Source: an uncultured Pseudomonadales bacterium (GTDB lineage Bacteria; Patescibacteriota; Microgenomatia; UBA1400; UBA1449). From it: DNA of 64,000 bases. The notes under the pieces are model-generated. The model saw nothing but the letters and a program-made list of their open reading frames with translations, ran no database searches and had not been told where the DNA came from. Numbering within the stretch: the stretch's first letter is position 1; each line of letters begins with the position of its first letter. Both the position numbers and the translations under genes were made by a program. This document shows, piece by piece, positions 38,020 to 46,728 of this stretch. The stretch is taken from NCBI GenBank assembly GCA_964386355.1, contig CAYLQQ010000001.1, positions 12,256 through 76,255 on the forward strand, read 5' to 3'.

Positions 38020-38044
38020 AAAAAACCAACCTTTCGGTTGGTTT
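38020..38044 (-). promoter_or_regulatory. hairpin CCAACC-GAAA-GGTTGG, then U6, then GUAAGU-AUG, abutting the start codon of the RibA-like gene
   Basis: Perfect 6-bp stem (38026-38031 and 38036-38041) with a GNRA-type loop. The T run is 6 nt from the ATG at 38013 and there is no SD. Confidence 0.5.
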
Positions 38045-38215
38045 AATTTACATTGTTAATATATGCTTTCCCTATACATTGTATACGTGTATGTTGTGAA
38101 CGACTTATCTGATCGGAGATTGGGACAGTTTTTATCATAAAAAAACCAGTTGCATATGCACACTGGGATTGTAGTATAGCAAATGTATATTGGATGTGTC
38201 AAACAGAGGAGATGT

Positions 38216-39733
38216 TTATATGACAATAGAATATCTATCAAAACCAAGAGTCTTATACAATTGTTCAGATCTGCGCCGGTACCTTTCTGCTCCATCCAGA
38301 TCATCTATGTCGCAAATATTAGTAAGCCTATCATCCATGAGGTTTATCTTGTAACCACGCTCTCTGGCTATTTCAATGCCAGCAATAATACCTGTGTCTC
38401 CATTATTTGGTAATTGTAGCCATTTCCGTTTTACTTTGTCAGATAAACCAGCTGCAAGCAATTTACCCTTATTCTGCTGGGTTTCCTGCATCAGACCTCC
38501 TGAAATATAAACTTCATCTATATTTAAAGGCAGACGCATCGCAATATGTCGTCCAAGCCCACAATAGACTGCTGCAGTAACTTCAATTTTGGTTTGAATA
38601 TCGGCAGATGCAAGCTCACTCCAGCTATATGGTTTTCCGGATTCATCATATATTCCTCCTTTACATCCTGGAAACATATCTTCGGGAATAAAAAAGAAGC
38701 GATTATTTGCAAGATTTACTACGCCTTCTCCAGCCCATTCGTCAATCTTAGCAAACCAATCATTAGGGTCTTTAAACGAATGTAATTCTTTTGTCCAAAG
38801 TGGAAATAAAATATCTGTATTTACACTAGCGCCATTTATTTTCTTGTGCTTGCCATAAACATTATAATCTGGGAAAAATGCTCGTGCATAATCATTTGTA
38901 CCATAGTAAGCAAGCTTACATATTGTATCTGCTTCGATATATACTGCCCGTTCAACCTCAAGACCGCTTGAGATAATCTCATGCTCTGCCATGACTTTCA
39001 TTTGATAGTCTCCTGCTCCTCTAGCAGTTTTGCCATTTGGCAGTTGAAGGACTCGGTGCTGCCTCATGTCATATTGATGAGGAAGTAACCCCATAGCCTC
39101 CATTACTTTTGGTAATATGTTATGTGCTACATCCCATCCATAATCTCCACCAATCCATGGTTTCCATTCATGTTCATGGAAGCCATATCTCAGTCCAGTT
39201 GCAAGACGAATATAAGCTGATATCGCTGGTTCAACATATAAATCACCAACAGTAAGCTTTGGAATACCACTCTCAGCAGCAAACTTATCTAAGTTAGATA
39301 TAACCGTAGCAAAGCGAAGAAGTGGGTTTGTTTTATCTTTCCAATCGTATACTACACCAAGTGGCTTGAGTCTCTCTTTAATATCTGGGCTGATCTTGAC
39401 CGGAAATACAGTTTTTGTTGTTAATCCAATCAAGGGTAGTCCGTATGAATCTGATATGATTAACTGCCTACGATAAGAACCGGTTACTCCAATATCTACA
39501 CCATATGCATCTCTAAGCCAAGGGACAATACTTTCAAAATTAATTGCAGCCACATCTCTATTCCACATATTAACTTTATTCCTAAATCCAGGTATTCTCT
39601 GCCTGCTGCCAACTGCCGTAACCCATTCAGCAGAATAAAAATCCAATTCGTCATCAAAGTTTACATAGCCTGCTGAACGACGATAATTTGTTGAACCAAC
39701 ATCAATAGTTCTAATAATATCTGGACTTACCAT
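38216..39733 (-). CDS. hypothetical protein, possibly an actin-fold (ASKHA) ATPase/kinase
   Basis: N-terminal IDVGSTNYR (phosphate-1-like DxGxT) and C-terminal VYISGGL / GDTGIIAG (adenosine-like and phosphate-2-like). This is pattern resemblance only. Confidence 0.35.
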   Translation of the reverse strand: MVSPDIIRTIDVGSTNYRRSAGYVNFDDELDFYSAEWVTAVGSRQRIPGFRNKVNMWNRDVAAINFESIVPWLRDAYGVDIGVTGSYRRQLIISDSYGLPLIGLTTKTVFPVKISPDIKERLKPLGVVYDWKDKTNPLLRFATVISNLDKFAAESGIPKLTVGDLYVEPAISAYIRLATGLRYGFHEHEWKPWIGGDYGWDVAHNILPKVMEAMGLLPHQYDMRQHRVLQLPNGKTARGAGDYQMKVMAEHEIISSGLEVERAVYIEADTICKLAYYGTNDYARAFFPDYNVYGKHKKINGASVNTDILFPLWTKELHSFKDPNDWFAKIDEWAGEGVVNLANNRFFFIPEDMFPGCKGGIYDESGKPYSWSELASADIQTKIEVTAAVYCGLGRHIAMRLPLNIDEVYISGGLMQETQQNKGKLLAAGLSDKVKRKWLQLPNNGDTGIIAGIEIARERGYKINLMDDRLTNICDIDDLDGAERYRRRSEQLYKTLGFDRYSIVI

Positions 39734-39758
39734 AAAAAAACCAACCCTATGGTTGGTA
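39734..39758 (-). promoter_or_regulatory. hairpin CCAACC-AUAG-GGUUGG, then U7, directly abutting the AUG of the ASKHA-like gene
   Basis: Same stem sequence as the element at 38020-38044. The T7 run is immediately followed by the ATG at 39733, with no SD. Confidence 0.5.
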
Positions 39759-39844
39759 TAAAATAAATAAGCAAAGAAGATTACAACCCAGCCATATTCC
39801 GGATTTGGATTGTATAAAGATGAAATAGAAGTGTCAATGATAGA

Positions 39845-40618
39845 TTATAGGCTTATGATCCCATTCAAAAGCTTCTTCATTTTTTCACTTTGAGCTTGAG
39901 CATTGGTTACCACATCTGTATGGTCATGTTTGACAAACGCGAGGTTAGTTACACATGACAGGCCTAGCACTTGTAATCCCAAACTGTTTGCCATGATCGT
40001 CTCAGGTACGGTGCTCATCCCGACACAGTCAGCTCCCAATTCAGCCAAAGCGCGCTTGTCTGCAAAACTCTCATAGTGGGGTCCGCGGACATACGCGTAT
40101 ATACCTTGCTGATATCTAATACTGTATTGTTTGTTTACCTCAATTGCTCTATTTTTCAATTCCGTATCAAATGGTTGAGACAGGTCTACAAAATGTGCTC
40201 CCTGAATCGGACTTTGGCAAAAAAGAGTGAGAATATCGTCTAAAATAACAATATCTCCCACCTGATATTCACCGTTTAAGCCGCCTGATGCAGAAGTTAT
40301 AACTACCTGTTTAACCCCTAATTGTGCGAATGCCTGAATAGGTCGGGTAACTTCCTCACTCGTATATCCTTCATAGGTGTGAAATCTTCCCGCCATGATC
40401 CAGACTGGCTTCCCTGTGAGTCTACCCAAAATAAGCTCCCCTTTGTGTCCAGCTACACCTGAGCCCTTGCCAAACATTTCATCAAACCCGAAGCGTTTTT
40501 CTACTTCCATATCTTGAACTACATCATTCCATCCAGAACCGAGAATCATGAGAGTTTCTGATCGATCGTCGAAAGAATGTAAGTTATGGATGATTTGTTC
40601 GACAGCTTGTATTGACAT
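39845..40618 (-). CDS. purine nucleoside phosphorylase (PNP/MTAP family)
   Basis: ILGSGWN...GHKGELILGRL.GKPVWIMAGRFHTYEGY...GMSTVPE matches the PNP family-2 consensus. A good SD (GGGAGGTAGGAG) is present. Confidence 0.8.
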   Translation of the reverse strand: MSIQAVEQIIHNLHSFDDRSETLMILGSGWNDVVQDMEVEKRFGFDEMFGKGSGVAGHKGELILGRLTGKPVWIMAGRFHTYEGYTSEEVTRPIQAFAQLGVKQVVITSASGGLNGEYQVGDIVILDDILTLFCQSPIQGAHFVDLSQPFDTELKNRAIEVNKQYSIRYQQGIYAYVRGPHYESFADKRALAELGADCVGMSTVPETIMANSLGLQVLGLSCVTNLAFVKHDHTDVVTNAQAQSEKMKKLLNGIISL

Positions 40619-40654
40619 TATGACTCCTACCTCCCGCTTTCAGACTACCCCTGT

Positions 40655-41260
40655 CTAGAGGGAATTTATTACAAAATATTCGACTGCTTGCCTATCAAAG
40701 CCAAAGCTGATAAATCGCTCTTTGATCTGCTCATCTCCCACACCTTCGCCTTTCCATTTAGGAGTTAGCTGGTGAATTGTTTCTCTAACCTCATAGGGAA
40801 ACACAATCCAGTCACTTGTTTGTATGCCATAGTAATCCGGTTTTATCTTTGAGTGAGGTTTATAAAAAACCGTAGCAGTTTTGATGTGCTCAATTCCTTT
40901 AGCATGCAAGTAGTCTTTTACAAACAACAGTGACTCTCCTGTATCAGCCACGTCATCAAACAGAAGTATATTTTCGCCATTGATATCAACAGGTAACTGC
41001 TGATAGATGATAGGTTTTTCGCAGCGCTCATTCACTCCGCAGTAAAACTTGACCCCGATGCTGGCAACTTCTTTTACACCCAAAAGGTCAACGAGGGAAC
41101 GTGTCATCGGCCAACCACCCTTGGCAAGCGTAACAATACGATCTATCTTGATTCCGTCTGCCTGTATCTGTTTTGCAACCTCAAATATAAACTGCTGGAG
41201 CTGGTCCCAGGATGGAGTCAGATAGCTAATACCGTTGTGAGATGAGTTGGTCGGGTGCAT
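40655..41260 (-). CDS. purine phosphoribosyltransferase, xanthine-guanine PRT (Gpt)-like
   Basis: PRPP-binding motif ILLFDDVADTGESL and the Gpt-like C-terminal WIVFPYE. Confidence 0.75.
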   Translation of the reverse strand: MHPTNSSHNGISYLTPSWDQLQQFIFEVAKQIQADGIKIDRIVTLAKGGWPMTRSLVDLLGVKEVASIGVKFYCGVNERCEKPIIYQQLPVDINGENILLFDDVADTGESLLFVKDYLHAKGIEHIKTATVFYKPHSKIKPDYYGIQTSDWIVFPYEVRETIHQLTPKWKGEGVGDEQIKERFISFGFDRQAVEYFVINSL

Positions 41261-41329
41261 GGCAGGTAAAAAAGTATGTTATGGAGAATTATCATAGGAG
41301 AAAATGAAGAGTTGTGCAAAGGGGAAAAG

Positions 41330-43531
41330 CTAATCGCCACCCTGACGCTTGGCAAAATTGTATGCAGCAGTTACGTAACCACGAGGTCGCGCTGATTTAT
41401 AGGGTGCAGTTAACGAGACAATTTCATCCCATAATATTTTCGAAGCTCTAGAATCAGCTGCTCTTGTATATACATCTTCTGGCAATCCTTTAGGTACATA
41501 CAGCCTACCATTTTTTATGATTAGCATAATCATTTGCTCAGGTGCTTGAAAAGCCAATCGGACTAACGCATTCTTAGCTCCCTCATCTAGTATTCGCAGC
41601 CACGCCCGCGGACCAATACCCCCAGCAATAGGTAGATAGTCATCTTGCCAATAGTTAGCTTGAGATGCATCCATCATTCTGGCTAAAACCATTCCATTAG
41701 ATACAGTCCAATTTCCTATTTGGGGATTAGTTACATCTGGGGCTTTTTTAACATCCTCTGGAGCATAGCCAACAGTGTCTCTAGCATATTTCTTGATTAT
41801 AGATCCTAAATCATTCAGCAACTCATCGCGCGCGCGACCAATCAAACCTAAATGATCAGCTAATGATTCAATAGTATTTCCACCAGCTTGCTCGTTTACC
41901 ATCTGCCTCATATCTCTCCAATCTAATCCTAATTTTTCCCAATATGATTCCCAATCAACATGCAACGGGTTCCACGTAACTACTTGTAGTTGCCTTAATG
42001 CATGGTGTCTACTAGCTGTTTGTTCATCTAGTATCCTAAGCACTAATTGCTTATATAACATTTGTTTATACGGATCTGGTTCAAGCCGATCAATATCTTG
42101 GGTGAGCATACCTAATCTCTCCTCTGGATTTGTAAGTAATCTTACTATGCTTACTGGTATTTGACGCTCAGTGTTGGGATTTTTAGTACCGGTGATTAGA
42201 AAATCTAGAGCTGCACCCCAGGAATCTACATCATGTAAAAAGACATGCATTTGCTTGTCTTGACAGGTATAGGCAATTTCAACTGATAAGCTTCCAAGCA
42301 AACCAGGATCAGCAGCCAAAAACCCTGCCCATAAACGCTCAATTGCCTGTCCTTCTGCTTTAAGTGCTTGTGCAACTGTAAATATAGTTAGCTCTTCTAT
42401 ATCCTGCCTTTCAAGTACTTGATCAATATTCACATCTTCCCAATCTCTAATAACCAGATTACCTGTTGAGTCAAAAACAAAATCTAGGTTTACCTCTTTA
42501 TATGGGGTTCTTGCATGAGCATTGCTTTCTTTTTCACCCTGAACAACGCGATTTGGTTTATCCCCATATACCACAGCTGCTTTGACTTTGAATACTGTCT
42601 GACCTTTTTGGTCGACAATATCTTGCAGCTCAAACCTCATGTTTCCCCCAAGGGTAGATGCCACTGCTTCACTGGCAAAGCCTTTCAGTGCGGTTAGCTC
42701 ATCAGATTTGTGCAGCACAAATACGTTCATGTGATATCCTGGATTACGTCTGATAATTTGCTCTGCCATTTTTTCTAAATATTCTTTTTGTAAGCTTGGT
42801 AAGATTTCAAAACCTGGCAGTGAGCTGCTAAATTCATCCCCTTCTCTGGGGCATAACCTGACATATAACCCATGGCCTTTTTGTGACTCCTCCTCAAAAA
42901 ACCCAGCTAAATTAGCAATTTCTCCTGTTACGGTTTCATAAATTTCTCCTCGCACTCTTGCCCCTGAAACACTTCTAATTGTCTCGCCTTGTTCTGTCAG
43001 AGCATCATTAGTTGCTATTACATCATTAATAACGTAATCAAGAAGCGGATCATGAGTTTGGGCGACAGTTCTCACGAGCCCTCGCTTAAGTACTTTAACG
43101 TGCAGATTAGGACTTTCTGGTGAGGGTAAATGGAGAAGCTCCCTAACCCTTGTCAATAACTCTTTTGGTCTGTTTAAGAGAGGGCCTTTTCTGGGATCTC
43201 TTACATCTATACTTGCTGGAGATGCAAATACAGTGTCAGGCTGTTCATCATCCAAGCTGACTTGCACACCTGCATTAGCCGGCATATCCGTATCTTCATA
43301 TATAGTAGTTTGTTTTCCTGAACCATTCCTACCATCTCCTCTGCCATCAGAAAAACTACCAACTACTGCTACATCGGAGGATGAATTATTACCAGAATAA
43401 ACATAGCGGGGTTCACCGCCAGACTCTCCAATGCAAACTAAAACAGCTTGATCAGGAGCAATTTGTAGATCAGCTCCCTCTTGTCCACTTGAAATAACAA
43501 CTTGTTCGGATACACGCTCTTGATGAGCCAT
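41330..43531 (-). CDS. large hypothetical protein (733 aa) with a G/S/D-rich N-terminal segment
   Basis: Long ORF with no recognisable catalytic motif. Its own extended -10 promoter and a palindromic operator-like site lie upstream. Confidence 0.5.
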   Translation of the reverse strand: MAHQERVSEQVVISSGQEGADLQIAPDQAVLVCIGESGGEPRYVYSGNNSSSDVAVVGSFSDGRGDGRNGSGKQTTIYEDTDMPANAGVQVSLDDEQPDTVFASPASIDVRDPRKGPLLNRPKELLTRVRELLHLPSPESPNLHVKVLKRGLVRTVAQTHDPLLDYVINDVIATNDALTEQGETIRSVSGARVRGEIYETVTGEIANLAGFFEEESQKGHGLYVRLCPREGDEFSSSLPGFEILPSLQKEYLEKMAEQIIRRNPGYHMNVFVLHKSDELTALKGFASEAVASTLGGNMRFELQDIVDQKGQTVFKVKAAVVYGDKPNRVVQGEKESNAHARTPYKEVNLDFVFDSTGNLVIRDWEDVNIDQVLERQDIEELTIFTVAQALKAEGQAIERLWAGFLAADPGLLGSLSVEIAYTCQDKQMHVFLHDVDSWGAALDFLITGTKNPNTERQIPVSIVRLLTNPEERLGMLTQDIDRLEPDPYKQMLYKQLVLRILDEQTASRHHALRQLQVVTWNPLHVDWESYWEKLGLDWRDMRQMVNEQAGGNTIESLADHLGLIGRARDELLNDLGSIIKKYARDTVGYAPEDVKKAPDVTNPQIGNWTVSNGMVLARMMDASQANYWQDDYLPIAGGIGPRAWLRILDEGAKNALVRLAFQAPEQMIMLIIKNGRLYVPKGLPEDVYTRAADSRASKILWDEIVSLTAPYKSARPRGYVTAAYNFAKRQGGD

Positions 43532-43536
43532 AAAAT

Positions 43537-43550
43537 AGAATTTAAATTCT
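43537..43550. promoter_or_regulatory. perfect 14-bp palindrome AGAATTTAAATTCT, 5 nt upstream of the 733-aa gene start codon
   Basis: Exact inverted repeat lying between the putative extended -10 (TGTATAAT on the minus strand, 43601-43608) and the ATG at 43531. Confidence 0.4.
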
Positions 43551-43600
43551 GTGCGTACTTTATCAAAAAGTGTGTGAGAATTACGTTAAATTATTGAAGT

Positions 43601-43608
43601 ATTATACA
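43601..43608 (-). promoter_or_regulatory. putative extended -10 promoter element (TGTATAAT) internal to the island
   Basis: The TGn-TATAAT match reads on the minus strand about 70 nt upstream of the 733-aa gene ATG. No properly spaced -35. Confidence 0.3.
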
Positions 43609-43650
43609 TCTGCTTGTCAAATGAAGCAAAATATTAGAAACACACATAGT

Positions 43651-44379
43651 TTATGTTATCAATTTTCTTCTTTTTATTTCTTTAAGTCTTCGAAGGGAAC
43701 CCATCATCTCTTGAAAGTCTTGCTGAACCAACTCTCTTGCAGTCGCATTTTGTCTTAAAGTAGGTTTTATAGCCATTAACACCTCTGGTCCTGATTCATC
43801 TGGATATAATGGTGCTGTATCAAGACCTACTTTTATACAGGCGTCATAAAATTCATTCATTGGTTGTTCATTAAATCTATTTGGTTCAAACTGATTACGA
43901 AATACTGCTTTAAGAACTCCTCCTGGTGTTAATTTTCTGAATATAGTTTCTATTGCTCTTCTAGGTAATGTACTATACCCCAAAGAATGAACAGCTAAAA
44001 AACAACCTACAGAATTATCATCGTATGGATCTAACGATTCTACTGATGTTATATCTATATTTTCTCTTCCGAAAAACTGTTCATGTTCAGGTATATGAGT
44101 AAGTGCAGTTGCTCTGAATTGTAGACTATGACCTTCATAGGCTTGCGAAAGATCACTTATACCTTCTGATGTTCCACAACCAATATCTACTACTAATTTA
44201 TGCGGAAGTTGTGCAATATACCCAATGGTTGAATCTAGACCCAATAACACCGTAACATACGCACTACCATCTCTATCAACAGTATAAGATTCCTCAGGGT
44301 TATCTAATTCAAGAGCTACCGCTCTAGTTGTTTGTTGAAGTACCATTTCTCTTTCTTGTGGTAATAAGACCATAATCAA
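43651..44379 (-). CDS. class I SAM-dependent methyltransferase-like protein
   Basis: Motif I VVDIGCGTSEG and the spacing to downstream acidic and hydrophobic motifs are consistent with a Rossmann-fold MTase. Substrate unknown. Confidence 0.5.
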   Translation of the reverse strand: MIMVLLPQEREMVLQQTTRAVALELDNPEESYTVDRDGSAYVTVLLGLDSTIGYIAQLPHKLVVDIGCGTSEGISDLSQAYEGHSLQFRATALTHIPEHEQFFGRENIDITSVESLDPYDDNSVGCFLAVHSLGYSTLPRRAIETIFRKLTPGGVLKAVFRNQFEPNRFNEQPMNEFYDACIKVGLDTAPLYPDESGPEVLMAIKPTLRQNATARELVQQDFQEMMGSLRRLKEIKRRKLIT

Positions 44380-44409
44380 TAATTATACAGTATAATCCTA
44401 TATTATTTT

Positions 44410-45720
44410 TCAATTTCTCTTTTTTCTTTTATGTTCAGCAACTCCTGTTGCTCTTTTAAACATTAATTGTAATCTATTAGCTAAACTTTCTTCCAGATCA
44501 TCTACATCGTCTCCAACAAAATCCGTATTAGCAAAACGCTGTACGACACAAGAGCCTCTTTTCTTAACGTCATAGTCAAGCTTATCTAGAGCAGCTTTGA
44601 TTACCCAATATCTATGTGGTGCCGACCCGAGCACGGCCATGTCTTTCATAAACATATATGCAGCATTTGCGGGATCTGCAGCCAAAAGATTATCCACAAG
44701 TAGAATATGTCTGCGTGCAATTGGATGCTCTGATTCAAACCCTCCGTTCGCAAAAGGGTTTATTTCCATTGATAAAATTTCTTCTGGTAACAACGGTGTC
44801 ATGAGAAGTTGGTGTCTTGTTCGAAATACAACTCCCTTAACAGGAGTATCCTCTTCAATAGGCCATATAACCCTTTTATTTGAACCATTCTTTTTGGGCT
44901 TTGATTTTTCTAGAGCAGGATCATATTCGGGCATTCTAAATAAACAGACAGCTTCACCGAAGTTTATATGAACCTCAAATAATGAAGTTGGATCTCTAAA
45001 AAGAGTTGAAAATAATAGTAGTTGTCTAGTTTTTGTCTCTTCTTTGCTTTCGCCTTCTTTAGGTTTATGAAGAGCGGTTATTTGACCTGTTAAAGGATCT
45101 TTGACTGTGACTATTACATCTCCACCTAAAGATAATACATATGGCGATCCAGGTGTATCAGCTACAATACCTGCTCTTTCATCTTGTAAGTTCCTAATAA
45201 GAGCTCGAATGTCCGTGCATCCCTGCATATCCCTAGCTTTAGAATATGCTACTACACCGGCGGCGGCATCAAAGTGATTCAATTCTGCACCCGGTTTACA
45301 TTTAGATCCTGCCACAAATACTCCCGGCGCTAAATAACCCATACCTGCAATTGTGTTTACCACCTTACTTGATTCTCTTTCTGAACGAGCTAGGACTGCT
45401 GCAACCTGGTTTCCTTGTAGTCTTTCACGAACCTGCTCCATCTCAGTACGTACCTTTGGGTCTTTCATTATATGTTCGAGAAAACCAGGTATACCTCGCG
45501 TAACTTCTCTTTTGAATTCATCTAAATCAAAATGTACTATGGGATGCATATCAATCATCTTTATATATGGATCAACTTTTTCTCTAATATACCTAGCTAG
45601 ATCTTTTTCAGGAGATGAACATTGTGCACCGTCAACTTGGGTATGACCGTTTCTATTCTCCCCGAACGCTACAGGTACTGAGTTGCATTGTAATAATGAT
45701 CGTAAGTCAACAGGTAACAT
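44410..45720 (-). CDS. hypothetical protein (436 aa)
   Basis: Long ORF with a basic C-terminal tail (HKRKKRN). No family recognised. Confidence 0.5.
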   Translation of the reverse strand: MLPVDLRSLLQCNSVPVAFGENRNGHTQVDGAQCSSPEKDLARYIREKVDPYIKMIDMHPIVHFDLDEFKREVTRGIPGFLEHIMKDPKVRTEMEQVRERLQGNQVAAVLARSERESSKVVNTIAGMGYLAPGVFVAGSKCKPGAELNHFDAAAGVVAYSKARDMQGCTDIRALIRNLQDERAGIVADTPGSPYVLSLGGDVIVTVKDPLTGQITALHKPKEGESKEETKTRQLLLFSTLFRDPTSLFEVHINFGEAVCLFRMPEYDPALEKSKPKKNGSNKRVIWPIEEDTPVKGVVFRTRHQLLMTPLLPEEILSMEINPFANGGFESEHPIARRHILLVDNLLAADPANAAYMFMKDMAVLGSAPHRYWVIKAALDKLDYDVKKRGSCVVQRFANTDFVGDDVDDLEESLANRLQLMFKRATGVAEHKRKKRN

Positions 45721-45725
45721 ATTAC

Positions 45726-45752
45726 AAAAAACCGCCCTAAAAGAGCGGTTTA
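45726..45752 (-). promoter_or_regulatory. hairpin AACCGC, 9-nt loop, GCGGUU, then U-run, then GUAAU-AUG, abutting the start of the 436-aa gene
   Basis: Stems at 45730-45735 and 45745-45750. The T run is 5 nt from the ATG at 45720. No SD. Confidence 0.45.
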
Positions 45753-45869
45753 TTAATACACAGTATATATGTTTGGTAACATTGTTTGCCAGCCATATGG
45801 TATTGTCTGATACGGCTGAGCCTATGTCAAGCAGAGCTTAGGCTTATAATAACTATCATTCTATAATGT

Positions 45870-46625
45870 TTATTTCTGTTTCATGCCTTGAGCTGTATAT
45901 TGTTCCAACGCCTCTACCGCAGGCTTTCCGCCACTAAATATCACTTTGTACAAGAGGAAAGGATCAGGCTTAATCCTATCTACTAGTGTTACCGGCGTCA
46001 TTGAACCATCTGGTAGCAGGTGAGTGGTACATATCTCCATACTTCCCCTTGTTGATGTAAGTAATTCCCAACCGATATCAGTTATAGGTAATGATCCAGC
46101 AACCTCGAGCACATAACCAGTGTGATCCACTAGACGTTTTGCATCAGCATGGGGAAAGGCATGTAGCTGAGTTTCAATAATTGTTACATCTGTTGTTGGT
46201 CTAAAACCGTTGCGACCAAAATAGGTAGTGGCAGCACAGTCATATACGGTAGTGTCATTATGTGTCAATAATGCCAGTTGTTCTAAAGCTCTTTCTGGTG
46301 TTCCGGGTTTTTCCAATGTTACCCATCGGCCATTAATTAAAACTACCCTCACTGTATCTGCAGTCTGAAATACGCATTCTTCTCCTCCCGCCTCTTTTGA
46401 AGTCAGAATTTGTTTTGCGGCAGTAGCTTTTGCATCTGACATCCATGCTACATACTGAGCTGGGTCGGCAGGCCTGCGAGCTAGTACGTCTTTTCTGATC
46501 CCATATTCATCAAACACGCCTTCGGGTGAAACTGGGGCAAGATGCAAACCAACAGCCCTTGCTTTCCATCCTGCAATAGCAAGCCGATGATGGGCAGATG
46601 TTACTGGAGAGAATTCTTTAAACAT
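45870..46625 (-). CDS. hypothetical protein (251 aa)
   Basis: A/R/G/T-rich ORF with no recognisable motif. Confidence 0.5.
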   Translation of the reverse strand: MFKEFSPVTSAHHRLAIAGWKARAVGLHLAPVSPEGVFDEYGIRKDVLARRPADPAQYVAWMSDAKATAAKQILTSKEAGGEECVFQTADTVRVVLINGRWVTLEKPGTPERALEQLALLTHNDTTVYDCAATTYFGRNGFRPTTDVTIIETQLHAFPHADAKRLVDHTGYVLEVAGSLPITDIGWELLTSTRGSMEICTTHLLPDGSMTPVTLVDRIKPDPFLLYKVIFSGGKPAVEALEQYTAQGMKQK

Positions 46626-46627
46626 AC

Positions 46628-46654
46628 AAAAAACCCGCCTTGAACGTGCGGGTT
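46628..46654 (-). promoter_or_regulatory. hairpin CCCGC, 9-nt loop, GCGGG, then U6, then GU-AUG, abutting the start of the 251-aa gene; a classic intrinsic-terminator shape
   Basis: Stems at 46634-46638 and 46648-46652. T6 is followed by GT and the ATG at 46625. It lies 75 nt downstream of the Gmk-like gene stop. Confidence 0.5.
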
Positions 46655-46728
46655 AGAAATACAATTTTGACTTAAGTTTATAACGCGGTGGATACATGAC
46701 TCATTATGCCTAATGAGTAACTGATACG

